From an uncultured Spirochaetota bacterium (GTDB lineage: Bacteria > Spirochaetota > Spirochaetia > SZUA-6 > CAVTHK01), in contig CAVTHK010000007.1 of NCBI GenBank assembly GCA_963734495.1, forward strand, positions 160,001 through 224,000: a stretch of DNA of 64,000 nt, given 5' to 3'. Shown here piece after piece: positions 10,770 to 20,272 of the stretch (positions are counted from its first letter, which is position 1; each line of letters begins with the position of its first letter). The position numbers were made by a program, and so were the translations under genes. The notes beneath the pieces are model-generated. The model worked only from the letters and a program-made list of their open reading frames with translations, ran no database searches and had not been told where the DNA came from.

Positions 10770-10799
10770 TTGACGGCGCCGCGCCGATTTCGTTAACCT
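10770..10799 (+). promoter_or_regulatory. sigma70-type promoter of the birA-bioY operon
   Basis: TTGACG (10770-10775), 18-nt spacer, TAACCT (10794-10799). Confidence 0.55.
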
Positions 10800-10820
10800 G
10801 CGTCCATATCTATGTTAACG
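10791..10820. promoter_or_regulatory. BirA operator
   Basis: CGTTAAC-N16-GTTAACG perfect inverted repeat matching the known TGTTAAC-N14-16-GTTAACA BirA box. It overlaps the -10 and the birA start codon. Confidence 0.85.
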
Positions 10821-11759
10821 TATGGCAACGGCAGCCGCGGACGGGTCCTGGCGCGGCTCAAGGCGTCGCGCGACCCGCAGTCCGGCGAGTCTCTCTCCGC
10901 CGATCTCGGGATCAGCCGGGTGGCGGTCTGGGGGCACGTGCAGTCTCTGCTGGCCCTCGGCTATCCCATCGAGACCGGAAGGCGGGGATATCTCCTCGCG
11001 GCGGCCACGGATCTCCTGCTGCCGTGGGAGGTGCCCGGGTTCTCCCGGCGCATCGCGTGGATCGCCGAAACCGACTCGACCATGGACGAAGCGCGGCGGC
11101 TCGCCGTGCGCGGCGCGGCCGGCGCCCCGGTCATCGTGGCCGAGAGGCAGACCCGGGGCCGGGGCCGCAACGGCAGGCGGTGGAGCTCCGCGAGCGGCGG
11201 GATTTACGCGACGTTCCTGCGGCGGGATGCCTACCCCGCGGCCCTCGTGCCGCGCATCACGCTCGCGGCCGCGCTCGCCGTGGCGGACAGCCTCGAGCGG
11301 GTGTGCGGCGTGCGGCCCGCGCTCAAGTGGCCGAACGACGTCCTGCTCGGCGGGAGGAAGGTGGCGGGCGTGCTCGTCGAGGCCGACACCCGGGCCGATC
11401 GACTGCGCTGGTTCTCGATCGGTGTGGGCATCAACGTCCGCAACAGCACCGGGGTGGCCGGCGCAGGCTCGGTCGAGCAGGCGGCGGGCCGCCGGGTGGA
11501 GCGCGCCGCCCTGCTTGCGGCCGTGTGCCGGGAGCTGGACCGCCGGCTGGCGGGCGCGGCCGATGCGCCGTTGACGGAAGAATGGAACCGGCGCAGCTCG
11601 ACGCGCGGCAGGACCGTCGAGGTCTCGACCGTGCTCGGCCGCGTCCGCGGCCGGGCGACGGGCGTCGATGAATGGGGTGCGCTCGTGGTCCGGCGCGCGG
11701 ACGGCGCGCTCCTGCACGTGCCGTCGGGCGACTGCGTTCACGCGAAGGAGGCACCCTGA
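10812..11759 (+). CDS. birA: Bifunctional biotin repressor / biotin-protein ligase (type II)
   Basis: N-terminal HTH SGESLSADLGISRVAVW; DSTMD, QTRGRGRNGRRWSS, KWPNDV, KVAGVL. Confidence 0.95.
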   Translation: MLTYGNGSRGRVLARLKASRDPQSGESLSADLGISRVAVWGHVQSLLALGYPIETGRRGYLLAAATDLLLPWEVPGFSRRIAWIAETDSTMDEARRLAVRGAAGAPVIVAERQTRGRGRNGRRWSSASGGIYATFLRRDAYPAALVPRITLAAALAVADSLERVCGVRPALKWPNDVLLGGRKVAGVLVEADTRADRLRWFSIGVGINVRNSTGVAGAGSVEQAAGRRVERAALLAAVCRELDRRLAGAADAPLTEEWNRRSSTRGRTVEVSTVLGRVRGRATGVDEWGALVVRRADGALLHVPSGDCVHAKEAP

Positions 11760-12295
11760 TGGATCGGTCCTCGCCGCGAAGCCTCGTTCTGGCGTCGATC
11801 ATGGCCGCGCTGATGGCCGCGGGAGCGTTCGTCGCGATCCCCATAGGCCCCGTACCGATCGTGCTGCAGAACTTCTTCGTCCTTCTGGCCGGGCTGCTGC
11901 TCGGACCGGCCTGGGGGGTCGCCTCGGTGCTGGTGTACCTCTTTCTCGGCGCTGTCGGGCTTCCGGTCTTTGCCGGCGGCAGCGGCGGGCTCGCGCACTT
12001 CGCGGGCCCCACCGGCGGCTACCTCGTGGGCTACGTGCCCGCGGTCGCGCTGACCGGCGCCGTGTCGCGGGCGGGCAGGAGCGCGGTCGCCGACGCCTGG
12101 GCCGCGACGCTGGGCGCCCTCGTCGTGTACGCGGTCGGGGTCCCGTGGCTCGGCCTGGTAGCCCATCTGACTCCCGCCAGGGCCGCGGCCGTCGGCCTGC
12201 TGCCGTTTCTGCCCGGCGACGCGCTCAAAGTCGCCCTGGCCGTTGGGGTCGCGCGCTGGGCGCGGCCGCTCGCCGCCGACGCGAGCCGCCGGTGA
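11759..12295 (+). CDS. bioY: Biotin ECF S-component
   Basis: PVPIVLQ, YLFLGAVGLPVFAG, GPTGGYLVG, PFLPGDALK. Confidence 0.95.
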   Translation: MDRSSPRSLVLASIMAALMAAGAFVAIPIGPVPIVLQNFFVLLAGLLLGPAWGVASVLVYLFLGAVGLPVFAGGSGGLAHFAGPTGGYLVGYVPAVALTGAVSRAGRSAVADAWAATLGALVVYAVGVPWLGLVAHLTPARAAAVGLLPFLPGDALKVALAVGVARWARPLAADASRR

Positions 12296-13035
12296 GCCTG
12301 ATCGAGCTGCGGGGCGTTTCGCACCGGTTCGCGGACGGCAGGCTCGGGCTGGACTCGGTGAGCCTGGCGATCGAGCCCGGCGAGTTCGTCCTGGTCGCGG
12401 GCCGCAACGGGTCGGGCAAGACGCTGCTCGTGCGGCACATGAACGGCCTGCTCGCTCCCACCTCCGGCGAGGTCGTCGTCGACGGCGTGCCGGTGAGGAA
12501 AGACCGGCTGGCCGCCAGGAAGCGAGTGGGCATGGTCTTCCAGGACGCCGACGCGCAGATCGTGGGGGAGACGGTGTACGAGGACGCGGCGTTCGGGCCG
12601 CGCAACCTCGGGCTGCCCGAAGAGGCGGTGCGCCGGCGCGTGGCCCGCGAGCTGGCGCGCATGGGTCTGGCCGACCGCGCCGACAGCCCGCCGCACCTGC
12701 TGTCCGGAGGCGAGAAGCGGAGGCTTTCCGTCGCTTCGGTGCTCACCATGGAGCCGGCGGCGCTCGTGCTCGACGAGCCGCTGGAGGCGCTCGACTACCC
12801 GGGGGCCGTCGCGGTGCTGAGGGCTCTCGCGGACCTGCACCGGCAGGGCTGCACGCTCGTGGTGGTGACCCACGACCTGGCGCAGATCGCCGCGCACGCG
12901 ACCCGGCTCCTGCTGATGGAGCGCGGCCGCCTGGCCCGCGACGGCACTCCGCAGGGCCTGCTGCCCGAAGTCGAGGGCTTCGGCGTTCACAGGCCGCCGC
13001 CCGGCGATCCGCTGACGTGGGTGCGCGATGGCTGA
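12292..13035 (+). CDS. ECF transporter ATPase (BioM/EcfA-like)
   Basis: GRNGSGKT, VGMVFQDAD, LSGGEKRR, LDEP, VTHD. GTG start overlaps the bioY stop. Confidence 0.92.
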   Translation: MSLIELRGVSHRFADGRLGLDSVSLAIEPGEFVLVAGRNGSGKTLLVRHMNGLLAPTSGEVVVDGVPVRKDRLAARKRVGMVFQDADAQIVGETVYEDAAFGPRNLGLPEEAVRRRVARELARMGLADRADSPPHLLSGGEKRRLSVASVLTMEPAALVLDEPLEALDYPGAVAVLRALADLHRQGCTLVVVTHDLAQIAAHATRLLLMERGRLARDGTPQGLLPEVEGFGVHRPPPGDPLTWVRDG

Positions 13036-13750
13036 GCGCCCGTTCCTCGGCTACCGTGCCGGCCGCTCGCCCGTGCACAGGATGGACGTGCGGCTCAAGC
13101 TCGGCCTCACGACGCTCGCAACGGCCGCGGCGGGCGCGGCCGGGCCGGCGGGTCTCGCCGCGCTCGCCGCGGCCACGTGCGCCTTCTACGCGGCCGCGGG
13201 CTTCGCCCCGGCGGTCAGCGGGCTGCGCGCCCTGCTGCCCCTTGCCGCGATCGTCGTGGCAGGCCGCGCGCTCGCGGAGCCGGGAGGGGCCGGGCTCCTG
13301 GAGGGCCTGCTCTACTCGGCGCGCCTGCTGCTGATGGCGCTGCTCGGCTCGCTCCTCGCCTCGTCCACCACCGTCGCCGCGCTCAGGGCGGCCTTGGCCT
13401 GGCTCCTCCGGCCGCTGCACCGCGGGCTCGGAACGCGCGCCGCGGCGATGGCGGGCCTCGTGATGGCGTCGCTTCCCCTCCTCGGTCGGGAGGTCGAGCT
13501 GGTGCGCCTGGCCCGCGCGGCACGGCTCGCCGAGAGGGCGCGCCCGATGCGGGAGCGGGCGCTCTCGCTGCTCCGCCCTCTCGTGCGGAGGAGCCTGCTC
13601 AGGGCCGACACCCTCGCCGCTGCCATGGAGGCGCGCTGCTGGTCCGACGCCGCGGCCGGACCGCCGCTGCCTGCGCCGAAGCCATGGGAGTGGGCGGCCT
13701 TTGCCGCATCCGCGGCCGCGATCTGCGCGGCCGCCTTGATCCGGCCCTGA
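13028..13750 (+). CDS. ECF transporter T component (BioN/EcfT-like)
   Basis: SPVHRMDVRLKL and the two conserved Ala-Arg motifs (ARAAR, AMEAR). Confidence 0.85.
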   Translation: MAERPFLGYRAGRSPVHRMDVRLKLGLTTLATAAAGAAGPAGLAALAAATCAFYAAAGFAPAVSGLRALLPLAAIVVAGRALAEPGGAGLLEGLLYSARLLLMALLGSLLASSTTVAALRAALAWLLRPLHRGLGTRAAAMAGLVMASLPLLGREVELVRLARAARLAERARPMRERALSLLRPLVRRSLLRADTLAAAMEARCWSDAAAGPPLPAPKPWEWAAFAASAAAICAAALIRP

Positions 13751-13753
13751 CGA

Positions 13754-15047
13754 TCAGACGCCCGGGCGCAGGAGCCGCAGCGCGTTCTCGATCACGCGCT
13801 CCCCCCCGAAGCCGCCGGCCTTGGTCACGAGCGGAAGCCCGTCCCACTGGCCGCCGAGAGCGATCCCCGCGGGCACGAACGGCTCGGCCTCGGCCTCGAT
13901 CCGGATGCCTGCGATCCCGAGGGTGCGGCACGCGTTGAGGGCCGTGTCCCCCCCGAAGAGCACGAGGCCGCCGGGCCGCGGCCCCGCGAGCAGCCGGGCG
14001 AGGAGCGCCGAGAGCGCGGCCTGCACGCGGCCGCTCGCCTCCGCCATCGCGCGCGCGTCGCCGCCGTGCGCGGCAAGGATCTCGGCCTTCCCGGCACCCG
14101 CCGCGTCCACCACCACATCGGATCCCGCGCGCACGGCCTGCTCGGCGAGCCGCGCCACCCGCTCCAGCTCCGCCTGCCGCTCGCGCCCGTCGGCCGCGCC
14201 CCCGTCGAGCGGCAGCAGCACGGCGCGCCCGTCCGCCGCGGCCCGCCGCACCTGCTCCTTGGAGACGCGCGAGGGGGACCCCGAAAGCACGATGATGGGA
14301 GCGCGAGCCGCGGCGGCCCGCCGCCGCCCCGCGGCTGCGGGCCCACCCGCTTCCCGGGCGACCAGCGGCCGAAGCTGATCGAAGAGCCCCGCGGACCCGC
14401 AGGCGAGGCAGCCGGCGCCGGCGTAGACGGCAGCCGCGATCGCGGCGAGGTCCGCCTCGCTTTCGGCGTCGGCGACGACGATCCGCGAGCCGCGCTCCCG
14501 CAGCTCGCGCAGGCTCGCGGGGAGCTCCGCGCCGCGCACCGTATCGAGCCCGAGAAGGGCGACGGGATGGACCGACTGCCGTCCGATGAGCGCCGCGACG
14601 CGCGAATCGGGAAGCGGCGAGAACGGATCGGAGGCAAACTCGGTCTCGGCCAGAGGGGTCCCGTTCACGAACGCGACTCCGCCGCGGATGACCCGGCCGT
14701 TGTACGGCAGGGCGGGCGCCACGACGACGGTCTCGAACAGCGCCCGCGGCGAGCACCGCGTCGACTTCAGCGCCGAGATTCCCGCGCAGCGTGGAGTCGA
14801 TCTTCTTGTACAGGAGCCTGGCGCCCGCCCTCCGCAGCGCCGCGATCGCCGCGGCCACCGCCGCGGTTGCCTCGGCCGCGGACACGTTGCGGCTCTCGGT
14901 GTCCAGAACGACGAGGTCCAGGGTCGCGCCCAGATCAGCCAGCCGCCCGGGGTCGAGGCAGACGCCGACGCTCAGCCCGACGCCGAGCATCCGCACCCCC
15001 GCATCCATGGAGCCGGTCAGGTCGTCCGAGAGCATCCCGTAGCGCAT
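13754..15047 (-). CDS. Four-carbon acid sugar kinase (DUF1537, DtnK/DenK-type); one frameshift near 14745
   Basis: SDDLTGSMDAG, DTESRN and YKKIDSTLRGN in one frame; APALPYNGR, GSAGL, GGDTA and TKAGGFG in the next. Confidence 0.88.
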
Positions 15048-15112
15048 GGCCGCGAGTCTATCTGTTTCCGGTCGCTTGCGCAGCCTCCCCGATCGCGGTA
15101 CACCATCACGCG

Positions 15113-16018
15113 ATGGAGCCCTTCTTCGTCGTGAATCCCGTCTCGGGCGCGGGGCGGACCCACCGCCTCTGGCAGAGGATAGGCCGCGGTCTCCCCTTTG
15201 CCCTGACGCGCGGCCCGGGCCACGCGACGGAGCTGACCGCGGACGCCCTGGCGCGGGGCGCCGGACTGATCGTGGCGGTCGGAGGCGACGGCACGCTCAA
15301 CGAGACCCTGAACGGTTTTTTCGAGAACGGCCGGCCGCGGAGGCCGGACAGCGCGCTCGCGATGCTGCCCAGCGGCACCGGGGGCGATCTCGCGCGCACG
15401 CTCGGGCTCGCGCACGTGCCGGCGGAGCGGATGGTCGCCGGGCTGCGCAGGGGCAGGCTCGTGCGGCTCGATTGCGGCCTCGCGCGCTTTCGCGGAAAGA
15501 CCGGACCCGTCGAGCGCAGGTTCCTGAACGTCGCGAGCGCGGGTTTTTCCGCCCTGGTCGCCCAGAAGGTCAACACGAAGTCGAAGGTCTTCAGCGGCAA
15601 GCTCTCGTTCTTTTCCGCCGTGCTGAGCACCCTGGCCGCGCTCCGCAACGAAACCATGTCCATCCAGGTGGACGGAGCGACCCTCTACGAGGGCCCGGTG
15701 TTCTTCGCGGCGGTGGCCAACGGGCGATTCTTCGGCGGCAAGATGATGATCGCGCCTCATGCGGAGCCCGCGGACTCCCTCTTCGATGTCGTGCTGGTCA
15801 CCCGCTTTTCCCGGCTCGACGTCCTCCGTCACATCGGAAGGATCTACAAGGGCACGCACCTCTCGCTTCCGCAGGTCAAGTGGGGGCGCGGAAGACGCGT
15901 CGTCATCCGCTGTGCGGCCGAGGCGCCGCTCGAGATGGACGGCGAGCAGCCGGGCGCGCTCGACGCGAGCTTCGAGATTCAGCCCGGCGCGGTCCCCTTT
16001 CTCCTGCCCGCGACCTGA
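15113..16018 (+). CDS. Diacylglycerol/lipid kinase family (YegS/DagK-like)
   Basis: VNPVSG, VGGDGTLNE, PSGTGGD, NGRFFGG, EMDGE. Confidence 0.92.
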   Translation: MEPFFVVNPVSGAGRTHRLWQRIGRGLPFALTRGPGHATELTADALARGAGLIVAVGGDGTLNETLNGFFENGRPRRPDSALAMLPSGTGGDLARTLGLAHVPAERMVAGLRRGRLVRLDCGLARFRGKTGPVERRFLNVASAGFSALVAQKVNTKSKVFSGKLSFFSAVLSTLAALRNETMSIQVDGATLYEGPVFFAAVANGRFFGGKMMIAPHAEPADSLFDVVLVTRFSRLDVLRHIGRIYKGTHLSLPQVKWGRGRRVVIRCAAEAPLEMDGEQPGALDASFEIQPGAVPFLLPAT

Positions 16019-16140
16019 GCGCGCGCCTCCGAGCCGGCGGCGCATCGGCATCGACCTCGCTGTAACCTTTTCGCAGTGCCCTGCAGCCCGCCGTACCCGG
16101 CAGGTTGATAATGCCTGACTCGGGCGCTACCCTTGCCTGC

Positions 16141-19100
16141 ATGAGGAACCTCCTGTTGCGGGCGGGCATCGCGCTCTCGCTCACGCTGCCCTTGTTCGCC
16201 CAGTACGAGCCGCCTAACGGGACGGTGCGCATCGACGAGTTCGTCTCCCCGCTCCTGCTCTCCGGCGCCGGCGACGTGGCCACTTTCGAGCCGCCGGCGA
16301 GCGACGTCCTGAACCCCGCCACGTCGGGCGCCACCCAGCGGACGACCGTCGACCTTTCGTACGTCACGCTCGCCGGCCTCGGCGACGAGTCCGGCCTCGG
16401 CAGCGCGCTGAACGTCGGGCTCACGAAGCCGACCCGCGTCGGCGTGTTCAGCGGGAGCGCGAACTTCCGCGCCGCATCCTTTGCCGACGTGGACTGGGGC
16501 TCCCTCGCCTCGCTGAATCTCTCCTTCGCCAAGGACCTCTACCCCAACCTCCTGGTCGGCGTGGGCCTCGGCTTCACGTACGGCACGCAGACCAACGCGG
16601 ACTGGGCGCTCGGGCTCGATCTCGGGTTCCTCCACCTCGCCGGTGACGTGGGCCCGTTCCGCGACCTGAGGTGGGGCGTCGCGCTGCGCGACATCGGCAA
16701 AGGCTTCGAGCCCGATCCCAATCACGACCCGTACCCGGCGCCGTTCACGCCCGCCATCGGGGCGCAGGCCACGATCGTGCGCACAGACGGGTTCGCCCTC
16801 GGGGCGGGCACCGATCTGAGCTTTGCGGGCTTCCGCGACGTCGGCATGGCGGTCGGGCTCGAAGGCGCGATCCGCGACACGGTCTTCCTCCGCGCGAGCT
16901 ATCTCTTCGATTCGGCCGAGGCCCTGGGCGTTCTGCCTTCACCTTCGATCCCTCTGTCTTTCGGCGCCACCGTGAAGATCAAGACGGCGCTCAAGGAGAA
17001 CATCGACTTCCTCGACATCACCAAGCGCGGCTGGAACCGCAGCGAGGTGCGCATCAACCTTTCGGCGACGCCCATGCCCGGCGATGTCTGGGCCTTCGGC
17101 GTCGGGGTGAACATCCCGCTGGGCGTGGTCGACCGCAACCCGCCGAAGATCTCCCTCGGGGCTCCTCCCGAGGTCTACATCTCGCCCAACCAGGACGGCG
17201 TCCAGGACGATTTCGTGACGCCGCTCTCGATCCAGGACGAGCGCTACGTGCAGGGCTACCGCTTCGTGATCGACGATCCGGCGGGTCGCGCGGTGCGGAC
17301 CATCCTCAACAAGGACGAGCGGCCGGAGAACGTGACGTTCAAGAACATCCTCGCGAGGCTCTTCTACGTAAAGAGCGGCATCCCGGTCCCCGACACGCTG
17401 CGGTGGGACGGGCTCTCGGACCAGGCGCAGCTGGTGGCCGACGGCCGCTACAGCTACTACGTCGAAGCCTGGGACGACAACGGCAACCTGGGCAGGAGCG
17501 AGACCAAGACGATCGTGGTCGACAACACCCCCCCGACCGTCAAGGTCTCGGCACCGTACCTCATCTTCTCGCCCAACGGCGACGGCAACAAGGACACCCT
17601 CCCGGTGGAGCAGAGCGGCTCGCCCGAAGACCTCTGGAGCGGAACGGTGCGCGGCTCGGCAGGCGAGACCGTGGCGACGCGCGAGTGGAAACAGGGTCCG
17701 CCGCTTCCGTTCGAGTGGGACGGCCGCGCGTCCGCCGGCGCGCTGGCCCCTGACGGCGTCTACGCATATCACGTCGAGGCCACCGACCGCGCAGGCAACC
17801 GCGGGTCCGGCGACCTGCCCAACATCATCGTGAACACGCAGGCGACCCCGATCACGCTGTCCGTAGACGGCGCCTTCTTCTCGCCCAACGGCGACGGGAT
17901 CAAGGACACCATCGACCTCGCGCCCGGCGTCCCGGTCGTGAGCGGCATCGAGAGCTGGACGCTCCGCATCGAGGACGGCTCGGGCGCGGCGCGCAGGGTC
18001 TATTCAGGCGAAAAGCAGGCGCCCGGCACCATCCGCTTCGACGGCCGGGACTCTTCGGGCGCGACGCTCGCGGAGGGCGCCTACCGCGGCGTCCTCGAGC
18101 TGCGCTACGCCAGCGGCAACAGGCCCGTCGCCGCGTCGCCGGCATTCACCATCGACCTCACCGCGCCGACGGTCTCGGTCCGCGCAGACCTCGACGTCTT
18201 CTCGCCCAACGGCGACGGCAACAAGGACGTCGTGACGATCTACCAGGAAACCAGCGAGGAGGTCGGCTGGGCCGGCATCATCCGCGACGAGCGCGGCAAC
18301 GTCGTGGATCGCCTGTTCTGGCGAGGCCGGGCCGAAACGCCGGTGACGTGGGACGGCCGCGGCAGCGACGGCAGGCTTCTTCCCGATGGCCTCTACACCT
18401 ACATCCTGCAGACCACGGACCGCGCGGGCAACTCGGCGGCGTCGGCGCCCGTGAAGATCCGGATCGACACCGAGGAGACGCCGGTCATCCTCACCAGGGA
18501 CCTCGCGGCCTTTTCGCCGAACGGCGATGGGAGCCGGGACCGCGTCGCCATAGTCCCGCAGCTCCGCCGCGCGACCGACATCGATTCCTGGCAGCTGCGA
18601 ATCCTGGACGCCTCGGGCCGCGCCTTCCGCTCGATCGAGCGGAAGGGCGAGGCGCCGTCGCGCTTCGAGTGGGACGGCCGCACGGACGCGGGCGTACGCG
18701 CGGGCGACGGCGAGTACGTCGCCGAACTCACCGTGCTCTATGCCAACGGCAACAGGCCCGTGGCGCGGACCGCGCCGTTCGCCATCGACACGGTGTTCCC
18801 GCAGATCGAGCTGTCCGCTGACCGCCTGCTGTTCTCGCCCGACGGCGACGGCAGGGCCGACGTGGTGCGCATCACGCAGAAGTCCAGCACGGAGGCGCTC
18901 TGGGAAGGCGATATGCGGGCCGCCAACGGCGACGTCGTCCGCAGCTGGTTCTGGAAGGGTGTCGCGGGGAACTTCGCGTGGGACGGGAAGGACGAGAACG
19001 GGAACGCGGTCCCCGACGGCGCGTACACCTACACCGCCCGCAGCACCGACGCGGCGGGCAACAAGACGGAGCGCGGCATCCAGCGGATCGTGGTCGACAG

Positions 19101-20154
19101 CCGGCCTACGCCGGTCTTCGTGACCGCCGGCTCGAGCGGCTTCTCGCCGAACGGCGACGGGTTCCGCGACACGATCACCTTCAATCTTTACGTGAACCTG
19201 GCGCAGGGCATCGAAGGCTGGCAGCTCGCGCTGTCGCAACCCGGCGGAAACCCGGTCAAGACGTTCAGCGGGACGTCGACCGTCCCCGCCCAGGTGACCT
19301 GGGACGGCAAGGGCGCGCCCGAGGGGCTCTACAGCGCGAAGTTCACCGTCCAGTATCTCAAGGGCAACCAACCGGAGGCGAGCACCGCGCCCTTCCGGCT
19401 CGACGTGTCGCCGCCCAGGGCTGCGATCACCGTGAGCCCGAGGCCGTTCTCGCCCGACAACGATGGAGTGGACGACGAAGTCAAGCTGGGCCTGGACGTC
19501 GATGATCCCTCGGGGATCCAGGCCTGGGCCCTCGAGATCCTGGACCCGACGGGAAAGGTCTTCCGGAAGTATTCGGGGACGGGCAAGCCGGCGCCGCAGA
19601 TCATCTGGGACGGCCTGTCGCCGGGCGGAGAGCTCGTGCAGGCTGCCGAGGACTACCCGGTGAGGCTGGCCGTGTCAGACGGCCTCGGCAACACGACCAC
19701 CGTCCAGTCCGTGATCCCGGTGGACGTCCTGGTCATCCGCGAAGGCGACAAGCTCAAGATCCGCATCTCGAGCATCACGTTCGAGGCCAACACCGCGAAC
19801 TACCTCACGGTCGAGCCGGACAAGGTCGAGAAGAACCTGAGGACCCTCAAGAGGCTCGCGGAGATCTTCGAGAAATACAAGACTTACGACGTGCGGATCG
19901 AGGGCCACGCGGTCAACCTGAGCTGGGCGGACCCCGTCGCGGCCGAGCGCGAGGAAAAGGATGAGCTGGCGCCTCTCTCGCTGGCCCGCGCCGAGGCGGT
20001 CAAGGCCGCGCTCGTGGACCTCGGGATGGACCCGAAGCGGATCACGACCGCCGGGCTGGGGGGCCGCTTCCCGGTCGTGCCCCACGGCGACCTCGAGAAC
20101 CGATGGAAGAGCCGGCGCGTCGAGTTCGTGCTGGTGCGTCCGGACCGGCGATGA
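16141..20154 (+). CDS. Large exported protein: putative N-terminal beta-barrel, 8 FlgD-Ig / gliding-motility-CTD-like repeats, C-terminal OmpA-like peptidoglycan-binding domain
   Basis: Signal peptide ending LFA; NPA motif then alternating hydrophobic strands; eight (F/I)SP(N/D)xDG repeats with WDG motifs; OmpA motifs IEGH, LSLARAEAVK, RRVEF. Confidence 0.88.
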   Translation: MRNLLLRAGIALSLTLPLFAQYEPPNGTVRIDEFVSPLLLSGAGDVATFEPPASDVLNPATSGATQRTTVDLSYVTLAGLGDESGLGSALNVGLTKPTRVGVFSGSANFRAASFADVDWGSLASLNLSFAKDLYPNLLVGVGLGFTYGTQTNADWALGLDLGFLHLAGDVGPFRDLRWGVALRDIGKGFEPDPNHDPYPAPFTPAIGAQATIVRTDGFALGAGTDLSFAGFRDVGMAVGLEGAIRDTVFLRASYLFDSAEALGVLPSPSIPLSFGATVKIKTALKENIDFLDITKRGWNRSEVRINLSATPMPGDVWAFGVGVNIPLGVVDRNPPKISLGAPPEVYISPNQDGVQDDFVTPLSIQDERYVQGYRFVIDDPAGRAVRTILNKDERPENVTFKNILARLFYVKSGIPVPDTLRWDGLSDQAQLVADGRYSYYVEAWDDNGNLGRSETKTIVVDNTPPTVKVSAPYLIFSPNGDGNKDTLPVEQSGSPEDLWSGTVRGSAGETVATREWKQGPPLPFEWDGRASAGALAPDGVYAYHVEATDRAGNRGSGDLPNIIVNTQATPITLSVDGAFFSPNGDGIKDTIDLAPGVPVVSGIESWTLRIEDGSGAARRVYSGEKQAPGTIRFDGRDSSGATLAEGAYRGVLELRYASGNRPVAASPAFTIDLTAPTVSVRADLDVFSPNGDGNKDVVTIYQETSEEVGWAGIIRDERGNVVDRLFWRGRAETPVTWDGRGSDGRLLPDGLYTYILQTTDRAGNSAASAPVKIRIDTEETPVILTRDLAAFSPNGDGSRDRVAIVPQLRRATDIDSWQLRILDASGRAFRSIERKGEAPSRFEWDGRTDAGVRAGDGEYVAELTVLYANGNRPVARTAPFAIDTVFPQIELSADRLLFSPDGDGRADVVRITQKSSTEALWEGDMRAANGDVVRSWFWKGVAGNFAWDGKDENGNAVPDGAYTYTARSTDAAGNKTERGIQRIVVDSRPTPVFVTAGSSGFSPNGDGFRDTITFNLYVNLAQGIEGWQLALSQPGGNPVKTFSGTSTVPAQVTWDGKGAPEGLYSAKFTVQYLKGNQPEASTAPFRLDVSPPRAAITVSPRPFSPDNDGVDDEVKLGLDVDDPSGIQAWALEILDPTGKVFRKYSGTGKPAPQIIWDGLSPGGELVQAAEDYPVRLAVSDGLGNTTTVQSVIPVDVLVIREGDKLKIRISSITFEANTANYLTVEPDKVEKNLRTLKRLAEIFEKYKTYDVRIEGHAVNLSWADPVAAEREEKDELAPLSLARAEAVKAALVDLGMDPKRITTAGLGGRFPVVPHGDLENRWKSRRVEFVLVRPDRR

Positions 20155-20272
20155 CCGGCTGCGCCCTGCCCGGCGGCGGGGCGCGGTCCGCCCGGCACCG
20201 AGGTGCCGTCAGAGCTTGACGGGGAACCCGTAGCTCACGCCGAAATCGTCAACCTTGCCCGCCGCCCCGAAG

